Positions 53,669 to 62,342 of a stretch of 64,000 bases of DNA are shown here, piece after piece. The stretch comes from Bordetella parapertussis (GTDB taxonomy: Bacteria; Pseudomonadota; Gammaproteobacteria; Burkholderiales; JACQAP01), in the NCBI GenBank assembly GCA_945900965.1, contig CAMDKM010000014.1:22831-86830 (forward strand). Reading direction: 5' to 3'. Below the pieces are notes generated by a model that had not been told where the DNA came from, ran no database searches, and worked only from the letters and a program-made list of their open reading frames with translations. Both the position numbers and the translations under genes were made by a program. Numbering within the stretch: the stretch's first letter is position 1; every line of letters starts with the position of its first letter.

Positions 53669-55812
53669 GCCTGCGGGCTCAAACCTGCCAGACGGCGGTC
53701 GATGCGCCGCTGGAGAAATTCGATCACCACGGCACGCGCCGTGCGCTTGAATTTATCCCAGGGCGAGGGATTGTGGACAATCTCCGCGCGATAGAAGGAC
53801 GGGCACAATACCGCCGCATGGGCCACCTCCCCGCACAGCCCGCATCCCACACAACTGTCGAGCACAGTAGCCACCGGATCGGTGCGCAACGGATCGGGAT
53901 TGCTTTTCACCGACAGCGAGGGGCAACCCGACAGGCGGATACAGGAGTGATCGCCGGTGCAGGTATCCGAATCGATGCCGAAGCGCTCGCGCACCACACG
54001 TTTGCCTTGTTTGGCCAATTCCCGAAATTTCGGCTTTTCGCGCCGCTGGCGGTTCAACATACATTCGCTCTGCGCCACGATCACCTTGGGGCCTTTGACT
54101 TTGGTGGTCAGCGCCTCTTTGAGCGTATCGCGCATCTGGGTGACGCTGTAGGTATTGGAGACTGTCTTCACCCAATCCACCCCTACCCCACGCACCGCGT
54201 TTTCGATCGAGTGCCGGGTGGCGCGAATTGGATTGCTGCCCTTGGAAGACAACAAATCCTGGCCACCGGTGGCCGCGGAATAACCGTTGTCCACCACGAT
54301 CAGCACATTGTCGCTTTGATTGAACACCGCGTTGCCCACGCCGCTGGTTAGCCCGTTATGCCAGAAGCCGCCATCGCCCATCATGCTGATGGTGCGGCGC
54401 TGGGTCTCCTTGCTGGTCAGCGCCGAGGCGCCGGCCCAACCCAGGCCATAACCCATCGTAGTGGCGCCGATGTTGAAAGGCGGCAACACCGAAAACAGAT
54501 GGCAGCCGATGTCGCAGCTCACGTGATGCGTACCCAGTTCGCGCTCGACCAGCTTCATCGCGGTGAATATCGGCCGCTCCGGGCAGCCGGTGCAAAACGA
54601 CGGCGGGCGCACATGCACCTGCGTTGCGATTGCGCTCGACACCTGCGTCTTGTTGGCTGGCGCGCGCGCCGTGAGGGTCAATCCGCTCGCCGCCTCTTCG
54701 AGAAACCGGCGCACGCCTTCCAGCATCGCCCCGCCGGTGTATTCGCCGGCCACCGGCAACATCCCTTTGCCGAATACCTTGGTCTGCAAGTCCGCGCGGC
54801 GCAATATGGCGTGCAGGTTCTGTTCGAGATAATCCGGCTGCCCTTCCTCCACCATCAGCACCGCGCGTTTGCCGGCACAGAAGCGTGTGACCTCCGCATC
54901 CACCAGCGGATAGGTCACGTTCAGCACATAAAGTGGAATCCGGGTGTTGCCATACGCGTCCGACAGCCCGAGCAATTGCAGCGCGCGAATCACGCTGTTG
55001 TACATGCCCCCTTGCAGAATGATGCCGACGTCGGCAGCCTTTTCGGCAAAAAATTCATTGAGCCGGTGCTCCTGAATAAAACGGATCGCGGCCGGCCACC
55101 GCTCCAGGATTTTTTCCTGCTCGTGGACGTAACTCGCCGGTGGCAGCACCACCCGGCCGGTATCGCGCCGGGGATTCTCGATCGCCTGCTTCAGACCAAA
55201 AGCCGGACGGACGTTGTCTTTGGTCGTGAAGCGCCCATGCACATGGCAGGCGCGGATGCGCAGCTCCAGCATCACCGGCGTATGGCTGGCTTCCGACAGT
55301 TCAAAGCCTTTTTCCACCGCGTGGACAATCGAGGGCAGATTGGGGCGCGGGTCGAGCAGCCAGACTTGGGATTTCATAGCAAACGCGTGCGAGCGCTCCT
55401 GCATGATGCTGGATCCCTCGCCGTAGTCTTCGCCGACAATAATGAGCGCCCCGCCCGTGACGCCGCCGGAGGCCAGATTCGCCAAGGCATCCGAAGCTAC
55501 GTTGGTGCCCACCGGCGCCTTGAAAGTCGCTGCGCCGCGCAGCGGATAATTTACCGACGCCGCAAGTCCCGCCAGCGCCGCGGCTTCCGACGCACTGTTC
55601 TCGAAATGAATGCCAAGGCTTTCGAGGATATCGTTGGCATCGGCCAGCACATCCATCAGATGCGACACCGGAGCGCCCTGATACCCGGTGACGTAACTCA
55701 CCCCCGACTGCAACAGCGCCTTGGTAACTGCCAGAATGCCCTCGCCGCGAAACTCCTGCCCCGCGCCCAGCCGCAGCTTCTTGACCTCTTCCTTGAATGA
55801 ACGCTCTGCCAT
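53665..55812 (-). CDS. iorA: indolepyruvate ferredoxin oxidoreductase, alpha subunit (TPP, 4Fe-4S)
   Basis: GYQGAPVSH, TPP-binding MGDGGFWHNG, and Cys clusters CTGCPERP, CTGDHSCIRLSGCPS and CVGCGLCGEVAHAAVLCPS. ATG 55812 after AAGAGG. Confidence 0.85.
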   Translation of the reverse strand: MAERSFKEEVKKLRLGAGQEFRGEGILAVTKALLQSGVSYVTGYQGAPVSHLMDVLADANDILESLGIHFENSASEAAALAGLAASVNYPLRGAATFKAPVGTNVASDALANLASGGVTGGALIIVGEDYGEGSSIMQERSHAFAMKSQVWLLDPRPNLPSIVHAVEKGFELSEASHTPVMLELRIRACHVHGRFTTKDNVRPAFGLKQAIENPRRDTGRVVLPPASYVHEQEKILERWPAAIRFIQEHRLNEFFAEKAADVGIILQGGMYNSVIRALQLLGLSDAYGNTRIPLYVLNVTYPLVDAEVTRFCAGKRAVLMVEEGQPDYLEQNLHAILRRADLQTKVFGKGMLPVAGEYTGGAMLEGVRRFLEEAASGLTLTARAPANKTQVSSAIATQVHVRPPSFCTGCPERPIFTAMKLVERELGTHHVSCDIGCHLFSVLPPFNIGATTMGYGLGWAGASALTSKETQRRTISMMGDGGFWHNGLTSGVGNAVFNQSDNVLIVVDNGYSAATGGQDLLSSKGSNPIRATRHSIENAVRGVGVDWVKTVSNTYSVTQMRDTLKEALTTKVKGPKVIVAQSECMLNRQRREKPKFRELAKQGKRVVRERFGIDSDTCTGDHSCIRLSGCPSLSVKSNPDPLRTDPVATVLDSCVGCGLCGEVAHAAVLCPSFYRAEIVHNPSPWDKFKRTARAVVIEFLQRRIDRRLAGLSPQA

Positions 55813-56042
55813 GCATGGCCTCTTTCGGCTATGGGTGTTGAATAACCGGACTCCCAATTCTACCTACCCTGCCCCCTCCCGCGTGACCATCGAGGGGCTC
55901 AAAGCCCGAGGTTGGAGCGGGTGCGGGGGGGGGAAGTCGTCAGCGTCTGGTTCACACCCAGTTGTCGTGAGCTGTCGTGAGCTTGAAAATCATGCAATAT
56001 CAAACTACTATAACAAACGTTATAACGTAACGGAGGCGGCAG

Positions 56043-56267
56043 ATGTTCACCCTCCATCTCACTCAGATCGGTAATTCCGTCGGCGTCATCCTACCCAAGG
56101 AAGTGCTGGCGCGGCTCAAGCTGGAAAAGGGCGATGACGTTTTTATAACTGAATCGCCGGATGGTTATCGAATCACCCCGCATAACCCCGAATTCGAGAA
56201 ACAGATGCAAAGCGCCCGAGAAATCATGAAGGAACGACGCGCGGTATTGCGAGAATTGGCGAAATGA
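56043..56267 (+). CDS. AbrB/SpoVT-family antitoxin (Phd-equivalent partner of Doc)
   Basis: 74 aa with SD GGAGG. IGNSVGVILPKEVLARLKLEKGDDVF is a swapped-hairpin AbrB/MazE-type motif. ATGA overlap with doc. Confidence 0.8.
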   Translation: MFTLHLTQIGNSVGVILPKEVLARLKLEKGDDVFITESPDGYRITPHNPEFEKQMQSAREIMKERRAVLRELAK

Positions 56268-56650
56268 GGGAATGGGTCTGGATCGACCAGTCCGTCGTAT
56301 TGGCGGTCGACGAAGAACAACTTGCGGAACATGGGGGAAGTCCAGGTATCCGGGACATAGGATTGCTGGCGTCGGCGCTTGGGCGGCCCATGAATCGAGC
56401 CGCCTACGGTGAACCCGACATTGCCGAACTTGCCGCTTCCTATGGCATCGGCGTCGCGCGTAACCGCCCTTTCGTAGACGGCAATAAGCGGACTGCCTTC
56501 GTCTGCGTCGAGCTATTCCTTCGCCTCAATGGTCAGCGGTTGTCGGCAGGGGATTCGGATTGCATTTTGACCATGCTCGCCGTCGCCTCCAGCGAAATGG
56601 ACGAAAAAACCTTCGCCGACTGGCTGCGTACGCACTGCGTCAAACGCTGA
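56264..56650 (+). CDS. doc: Doc (death-on-curing) Fic-family toxin with Arg in place of the motif His
   Basis: 128 aa. ..HGG..GIRD.GLL.SAL..P.. followed by the Fic/Doc motif read as RPFVDGNKRTAF (the canonical form is HxFxDGNKR). Confidence 0.85.
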   Translation: MREWVWIDQSVVLAVDEEQLAEHGGSPGIRDIGLLASALGRPMNRAAYGEPDIAELAASYGIGVARNRPFVDGNKRTAFVCVELFLRLNGQRLSAGDSDCILTMLAVASSEMDEKTFADWLRTHCVKR

Positions 56651-56690
56651 CCAAACGTCTCGGCAACTAGCCGACTTCTGTACGGCGTTT

Positions 56691-56945
56691 CCCGTTCACT
56701 GTTCACCGATTATCGTTCGCCATTCACTGTTCGCCGCTCGCTGTTCACCGATCACCGTTCGCCTCACCCCTCACCCCTCACGGTCTCTCCATCCTGCAAC
56801 TCGTCGGCAGCGTCAGGTCTTTCGCCACGATTCGCATGTCGGCGCGAAACCCGTGACCGGTGTCTTCAAGGTCGTACGTCACTTCTTGCCGACGTTTTTC
56901 TTCGGCAATTCATGAACAGAGGTGTCAATTTCCACTGAACACTGA
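56691..56945. repeat. array of YGTTCRC heptamers (56691-56782) with inverted TGAACAS copies at 56913-56945
   Basis: CCGTTCAC-TGTTCAC-CG..CGTTCGC-CATTCAC-TGTTCGC-CGCTCGC-TGTTCAC-CGATCAC-CGTTCGC-CTCACCC-CTCACCC-CTCAC, read directly. TGAACAG and TGAACAC lie about 130 bp to the right. Confidence 0.45.
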
Positions 56946-56952
56946 CCCGCCG

Positions 56953-57171
56953 TTACGGCCTCTCCCGAGCGCGTCGCTTGCGTGACGGCCTGTTTACTGG
57001 AAGGCTGTGGCCGCCAGACAGAAACGCCCAAAGCTCCTCCTTGCCTGCAAAGGCCCTGCGTTCTCCACCGCCCGCACGCTCGATCAGCCCGGCAGCCTCT
57101 TTGCCGGGCTCCGAACTGCGCCGATAGATTCTCACAATGTAGCTGTCCACGGCAGGGCGTCTGCTCAGCAT
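56953..57171 (-). CDS. small hypothetical protein (72 aa) with a basic tail
   Basis: MLSRRPAVDSYIVRIYRR..GLIERAGGGERRAFAGKEELWAFL..RKRRARERP has plausible coding bias. The YIVRIYRR..F...ELW..L pattern resembles small conserved proteobacterial ORFs I recall, but I cannot verify this. Confidence 0.4.
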   Translation of the reverse strand: MLSRRPAVDSYIVRIYRRSSEPGKEAAGLIERAGGGERRAFAGKEELWAFLSGGHSLPVNRPSRKRRARERP

Positions 57172-57218
57172 GCAGCTTTCCCCGGATAACCGCTCCTTAT
57201 TTGCGGTTCACAGCTTTT

Positions 57219-57716
57219 TCAGGGCGTTTCCCAGTCCCATTCGATATCGTCCCAGTTCACCACGGGAGTGACGGTGACGAAGTTGAACTTTCCTTTGCCC
57301 TTTATTCCCGTGAAGGGCCCGGTTCCGCCGAGCAGGGTCACGGTACCGGCTGAGCCTTTGTCGTTGTCCTTGTAGTCGCAACGCGCGAAGAGCTTGTGGC
57401 CTTCGCTGGTGGTGAAGGTCTTCATGCAGTAGCCGCCGGTGGTCGCATCGCCGACGAACTGAACGATGTAGTGCGCGCGGTCCAGCATGCGATCAAGCTT
57501 GTTCGATCCGCCATTGTGAAACAGCAGCCCCTCCTGTTCACCCATCCACGCAGTTTTGTATGGGTGGCCTTCCGGAGTCTTGATTTCATGGAACTTGGTG
57601 TTATTGAGCACGGAATGCCCGATGAACTTTCCACGTTCCGCATGGACCGACGGAACCAATACAGCCGAACTGACGAGCAGCGTAAAGAAAAATCGATAAA
57701 TCAATGGTCTTGTCAT
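57219..57716 (-). CDS. hypothetical exported protein (165 aa)
   Basis: SD GGAGGA and signal FFFTLLVSSAVLVPSVHA-E. No family recognised. Confidence 0.65.
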   Translation of the reverse strand: MTRPLIYRFFFTLLVSSAVLVPSVHAERGKFIGHSVLNNTKFHEIKTPEGHPYKTAWMGEQEGLLFHNGGSNKLDRMLDRAHYIVQFVGDATTGGYCMKTFTTSEGHKLFARCDYKDNDKGSAGTVTLLGGTGPFTGIKGKGKFNFVTVTPVVNWDDIEWDWETP

Positions 57717-57834
57717 GATAACGATCCTCCGCTGTTGTAGGCAGACGCTAGCGGCGCCTGAGGCAACAACGCTACAGCTTTTTCACCACAGATCGCCTAC
57801 AAATGGCAAAGCCCGCCGATCTTGGCTCGGTCTA

Positions 57835-60800
57835 CTACGCGGGATGTGCGGGGTTTTCCGCTTGCAGCGAACGCGCAAGTGCTTGGGTCGATTCGGAGGG
57901 AGCCATGCCAAGCACTACGGAAAGTAGTTGCCGAAATTTTCGATACGTATTCATGGCATCGGTATGGCGGCCAAGAGCCCGGTAGCACCGCATCAGGCCT
58001 TGATAAAAAGGCTCGGCCAGATCATCTGCTCGCAATCCCTGCTGGTAGCGCTCGATTGCCGCTTCCCACTGCCCACGCATCTCGATGCGCTTGGCAATGG
58101 TTTCAATCATGCGAAGAAATCGGCTGCGCAGTGCCTCGCGCATTTTCAAGGTCCAGGCCGAACCCGCGTCGGCGGGCAGAAACTCGCCGCGATAGAGGTT
58201 TAACGCCAGGCCTGAGGCCTCGTCCACCGCGTCGTCGCCGTCACTGTGCATCACCCTGTCTGTCGCCTGCTCGAAGGCCCACACGTCAGTCCAGCACAAT
58301 TTGGCGTTGAGGCTCAGCACATCGCCGTTAGAGATGACCGCATGCGCCTGACCCAGCAGTTTCCTCAGTCGCACCAGATTGACGTCGAGCGCCTTGATTG
58401 AGAGATCCGCGTCCTCGCCGGGCCAAAGAGCATCGATGATCCGATTCTCCGCAACGTCACGCCCTCCAAAAGCGATCAGGCATTTGAGCAATGCGAGGGG
58501 TTTCTTGGGCATTTTGCCGCTGAATTCCAGACGCCGTCCGTGACAGAAAATCTCGCAGCCTCCCAACACACGGATCTTCAAGGGCCACGGCCAGGACGCA
58601 GGGGCTTGGGCCGATGCCCTGATGGCGAACTGCCTGATGGTCTTCTCGACATATTCCGTCTCTATGCCGGATTGAAGCGCCTCGGCTAACAATTCGCCCA
58701 TAATTGAGCAAAGGCGGATATTGGGAGGATAGAAATACTGCGAGTCGCGCGCGGATTGAAGGGCTCGCGCAAGAAACAATTGACCACGAGCTCTGTCGCC
58801 GTGCTTGAGACACAAGTAGACCTGCAGAAAATTCCCCACGTTCTCAAAGTGAGAAAAACAGGTCCCGGGAGCCAGTGTTTGCACTCTAGCCAATGCATTC
58901 CGGCAGGATTCCTCGTCTCCGAGTGCGGCCCTGCCGATTGCCCAGTTAACAACCATCTCAATAGCAATGTAGGTCATTCCTGCTGCGGCAACGTGCGGTT
59001 GTGCCCGCTCACTTATCTCTGCCACGCGCCGGTAGTTGCCATTCTGTATTTCCAGCACGACTTTCGCTTCGCCCACGTGCCAGGCATCCATTGGCCGGGA
59101 CGGATCGGCCATCGACACCATTCGACCATACCATGCCTCCGCATTCTTCGCGTCACCCTGGGCTACAGCCGTGGATATCTGATAACCGGCAATGAGAAGA
59201 AATATGCCGCTTGCCCCGCCGAGGCCATGGCGCTCGCACAAGCCGCTTGCCCGATCCAGAGCCTCGCGCGAAGCGTCGTAGTCGCCGGATAATTGATGGT
59301 GACAACCCAGCCGCAACTGCCACCAGAGTTGGTTGAGTGGAGTGATTTCAGGTAATTGTGCCAGCGACGAGCATCGCTCTACCACGCTGCGGCCAAGCTC
59401 CATGTCACAGGCAAGATTGCAGTAGCTGAGCAAAATGATCGCCATCGATATCTTGCGGTTGGGCTCCTTATCGTCGTCGATCAATCGCGATACCCGGCGC
59501 ACGATAATGGGAAGCATCCGATGCTCGGGTGCCACGTAGAGCATCCCGGTAAGCAGGCTGGTGTGCAGCCTGCGCGCCAGATCGGTTCTCCCATCGAGTT
59601 GCACTTTGTCGATCAAGGACTCCAGTGTACTCACCCATTGCCTTACCGGACGGAAGTCCGACCATTCAAAAAAATAACTGTCGATAATCGCTGCCGCAGA
59701 CAAAGCGTGGTGATCCAGATCGCGTTCCCGTGAAAATTTCGCCACCGCCAATTCGAGATGTCTTCGCGCACTGGCGGGATTCATCTGGAGCAGGGACACC
59801 CCCAGCCAGTAGCGCAATCGCTCCCTGCCTTCGAGAATATGTTCCGGAATGGAAAAAATCCAGTCGCGCAACGTCTGGTGCCGCCCCCGCGCGATCAATG
59901 ATTCCGCACCTATCTCGATCAAACGAGCGGCCGCTCCCCACTCCGAGGCTTCCAGGTAGAGCCGAACCGCCTCGTCAATATCGGCGTTCGCCTCCACCGT
60001 TTGCGCCACCCGAACTCTGATCCTGCCTTCGGCGTTCGCTCCGAGTACATTTGAGCAGCGCGAGAGAAGGAAATCTCGGAACAGCGCGTGATACCAATAG
60101 ACCGGTTCCTTTGCAAATCGGCGATGCGTAAACAAATGGCGCCGGTACAAATCTTCCAATATGTCTGCGGCGGCAGGATTTCCGGTAATTTCGAAAGCGA
60201 GCGATACCGGAACCTGCGAGAGCAGCGCCGTGGTGACGAGGAATTCCCGAGTGGAAAGTGGAAGGTGATTGAATATTTCGTCGGCGAAATATGAAAAGAG
60301 AGCTTCGCGTCCGGCGGGCCGGTTACCCTCCGCGCGCGTCATCGAAGTTGAATCACTCAGGAGAAGGGTAAGTCCCGCTGCCCAACCATCGCTCAGTTCG
60401 TGGATCCGTCTGAGCAAATCTCCTTGAACCCGCGACTTTGTTGACGCAAGGTCAGCGGCTTCTTCTAGCGTGAACTGGAGCGCGTCCCAATCGATGAGCA
60501 CTACGTTTGAATTCGCAATAAGACGGGCATAACAATCCGGTGGATCCCGCCGGCTGATCGCGACAATGCTCATTCCCGCCGGCACTTCTGCTACCGCTTG
60601 AACGAGGAGGAAATGAAGGGAACTGCCGGAAGGTACTTCCTGATAGTTGTCCAGAACCAAGGTGGCGCCGTCGGGCAGCCGCGACATCAGCTCACGAAAG
60701 AACCGTCTCGAAAAACCTTCAACATCCTGCAAATACTCGGGTGTCAGAAGCGGCAACGGGCGCTGCCCTTTGCGGGCGAATGGTTTGGCGGCCTCAACCA

Positions 60801-61047
60801 GGTAATAGAAGAAAGTGGCAAGGTCGGCATCGCCGGAATCGACTTGAAACCAGATCCCCTTGATCGCTCGGGCATCGAGCCAAGAAGCAATCAGGGTGGT
60901 CTTGCCTGCCCCAGGCGGACCAACAACGCATATCGCGGATTTGTGCCGGCGTGCCTCGTCAAGGATCACGAACAGCCGCTCTCGGGCCACCGCCTTGTGC
61001 AGGCGGGGGCGCGTGAGTTTTGCCAGTGTAGGAGCTTTCCTGGGCAT
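57835..61047 (-). CDS. STAND-type regulator: MalT-like P-loop ATPase, helical/TPR-like sensor region, C-terminal OmpR-type wHTH plus BTAD (SARP module)
   Basis: ATG 61047 after GGAAGGGGGGGAG. KLTRPRL, Walker A GPPGAGKTT, Walker B TLVLDNYQ. The C-terminus is LKIRVLGGCEIFCHGRRLEFSGKMPKKPLALLKCLIAFGG..ALWPGED..NLVRLRKLLG, followed by BTAD-like LYRGEFL..RCYRALGRHTDAMNTYRKFRQLL. Confidence 0.8.
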   Translation of the reverse strand: MPRKAPTLAKLTRPRLHKAVARERLFVILDEARRHKSAICVVGPPGAGKTTLIASWLDARAIKGIWFQVDSGDADLATFFYYLVEAAKPFARKGQRPLPLLTPEYLQDVEGFSRRFFRELMSRLPDGATLVLDNYQEVPSGSSLHFLLVQAVAEVPAGMSIVAISRRDPPDCYARLIANSNVVLIDWDALQFTLEEAADLASTKSRVQGDLLRRIHELSDGWAAGLTLLLSDSTSMTRAEGNRPAGREALFSYFADEIFNHLPLSTREFLVTTALLSQVPVSLAFEITGNPAAADILEDLYRRHLFTHRRFAKEPVYWYHALFRDFLLSRCSNVLGANAEGRIRVRVAQTVEANADIDEAVRLYLEASEWGAAARLIEIGAESLIARGRHQTLRDWIFSIPEHILEGRERLRYWLGVSLLQMNPASARRHLELAVAKFSRERDLDHHALSAAAIIDSYFFEWSDFRPVRQWVSTLESLIDKVQLDGRTDLARRLHTSLLTGMLYVAPEHRMLPIIVRRVSRLIDDDKEPNRKISMAIILLSYCNLACDMELGRSVVERCSSLAQLPEITPLNQLWWQLRLGCHHQLSGDYDASREALDRASGLCERHGLGGASGIFLLIAGYQISTAVAQGDAKNAEAWYGRMVSMADPSRPMDAWHVGEAKVVLEIQNGNYRRVAEISERAQPHVAAAGMTYIAIEMVVNWAIGRAALGDEESCRNALARVQTLAPGTCFSHFENVGNFLQVYLCLKHGDRARGQLFLARALQSARDSQYFYPPNIRLCSIMGELLAEALQSGIETEYVEKTIRQFAIRASAQAPASWPWPLKIRVLGGCEIFCHGRRLEFSGKMPKKPLALLKCLIAFGGRDVAENRIIDALWPGEDADLSIKALDVNLVRLRKLLGQAHAVISNGDVLSLNAKLCWTDVWAFEQATDRVMHSDGDDAVDEASGLALNLYRGEFLPADAGSAWTLKMREALRSRFLRMIETIAKRIEMRGQWEAAIERYQQGLRADDLAEPFYQGLMRCYRALGRHTDAMNTYRKFRQLLSVVLGMAPSESTQALARSLQAENPAHPA

Positions 61048-61130
61048 CTCCCCCCCTTCCGACTCGCGCGAACTCGTCTTAAGGCAAGCGTTGCGCGATA
61101 AGCGTTTGCTCAATCATAGCCCATCTGTTG

Positions 61131-61925
61131 GTTATAATGGGGTCAGACTCCATTATTCGACTCTTTCTTCGGCCGTCCCACACCCTTCGATACCGCGCGC
61201 CGCTGACTGGCCGCCTCAATACGCTCCAGGAACTTCTTGCCGCCCAGGGCCCATCCCTTGTGCGTGCAATCTCGGATGGCCTGAAGATCGTCCTGGGGAA
61301 TCGCCGCCCGGAATAGTTGTCGGTAGGCCGCCTGCCTTTCTTCCGCGCTGCGACCCAGGCGCTGATATTCGCGGTGTGCCGTAAGCCAATCCGCGCTCTC
61401 TCCAGTCTCCCCGTCGGCATGGCGCCGGTAGCTCGACAATGGGTAATCTCGCGGGTGGGCCACCATGTTGGCCCTCACGGGATTGAGCTCAATATAGCGC
61501 ATGAGACTTAGCAGGTACCGTTCGCTGTCGACCACGGTTGCCCGATAGCGCCCCTCCCAGAGGGTGCCGCTGCGTTGGTAGGTGTGGTTGAAGTACTGGA
61601 CATATTTCCGCCCTACTGACTGGAACACTTTCGCGATGCTCTTGTCTTCCGCAGGTGTGGCCAGCAAATGGACATGGTTGCTCATCAATACGTACGCATG
61701 AACGGCCAGCCCATATCTATCGGCAGCCTCGGCAAGCGTTTCCCGGAATAATCGATAGTCCGCCTCCGCCGCAAAAATAGCCTGCCGGTTGTTGCCGCGC
61801 TGGATGATGTGCTGCGGCTGGCCAGGAATGACGTAGCGGGGAAGGCGGGCCATGGCTGATTCAGCTCGTGAGGTCGGAATGGCGGCACGATAACACGGGT
61901 TATGGTGTCTGACCCCATTTGTAGA
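61131..61925 (-). mobile_element. RayT/IS200-like Y1 transposase unit bracketed by inverted repeats (REPtron-like)
   Basis: AATGGGGTCAGAC at 61136-61148 is the exact reverse complement of GTCTGACCCCATT at 61907-61919, with extended similarity over ~22 bp. The left copy folds as ATAATGG-GGTCAGACT-CCATTAT. Confidence 0.6.
61143..61853 (-). CDS. REP-associated tyrosine transposase (RayT) / IS200-like Y1 HUH transposase
   Basis: HAYVLMSNHVHLL (HUH motif) and YIELNPVRA (catalytic Tyr region). It has the typical N-terminus RLPRY..PG.PQHIIQRGNNRQ.IF. Confidence 0.85.
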   Translation of the reverse strand: MARLPRYVIPGQPQHIIQRGNNRQAIFAAEADYRLFRETLAEAADRYGLAVHAYVLMSNHVHLLATPAEDKSIAKVFQSVGRKYVQYFNHTYQRSGTLWEGRYRATVVDSERYLLSLMRYIELNPVRANMVAHPRDYPLSSYRRHADGETGESADWLTAHREYQRLGRSAEERQAAYRQLFRAAIPQDDLQAIRDCTHKGWALGGKKFLERIEAASQRRAVSKGVGRPKKESNNGV

Positions 61926-61928
61926 GAG

Positions 61929-62333
61929 CTAACCGTCAGTCGTGAACATCGGCACCGGCGTGCCGTCCTCGGCCAGCTTGAACACCAGCCTGACCCGGTC
62001 ACCGATCTTGATGCTGGCTGGATTGCAATCGACGAGATTGGTCATGATCGAAACGCCCTCATCAAGCGTGACGTAGGCGATCGTATACGGCTCGGGTACG
62101 CCGCGATGCAGGGTACTGAAGGTGTAAATGACACCGGTGCCTTTGGCGGGTATCCACTCGGTACGGTCGGAAAAACAGTGGGGGCACAATGTGCGGGGAT
62201 AGAAATGGTACTCGCTGCACTCGTGGCACCTGCCCACGAGCAGGATTCCTTTCCTGGCGGCCTCGTAGAAATGGGCGCTTTCGGGATTGATGAGTGGCGC
62301 GGGAATTTTTCTTTCTAATTTGGTAGTAGTCAT
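61929..62333 (-). CDS. Zn-ribbon/OB-fold protein (DUF35 family)
   Basis: GRCHECSEYHFYPRTLCPHCFS Zn-ribbon followed by an OB-fold (GVIYTFST..YTIAYVTLDEGV.IMTNLV). It lies adjacent to a thiolase-like gene. Confidence 0.85.
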   Translation of the reverse strand: MTTTKLERKIPAPLINPESAHFYEAARKGILLVGRCHECSEYHFYPRTLCPHCFSDRTEWIPAKGTGVIYTFSTLHRGVPEPYTIAYVTLDEGVSIMTNLVDCNPASIKIGDRVRLVFKLAEDGTPVPMFTTDG

Positions 62334-62342
62334 GGCGATTCC

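Noticed and set aside
56886-56908. Hairpin TTGCCGA-CGTTTTTCT-TCGGCAA as the terminator of the minus-strand regulator/small-gene operon.
   Set aside because: The stem is 7 bp, but there is no U-tract after it in the minus orientation and only a weak one (UUCAU) in the plus orientation. I left it uncalled.
57835-61047. The STAND ATPase as an Avs-like antiphage sensor.
   Set aside because: Avs/NLR-type defence proteins carry nuclease, protease or other effector domains. This protein ends in a DNA-binding wHTH plus BTAD module and starts like MalT, so a transcription regulator is the more economical reading.
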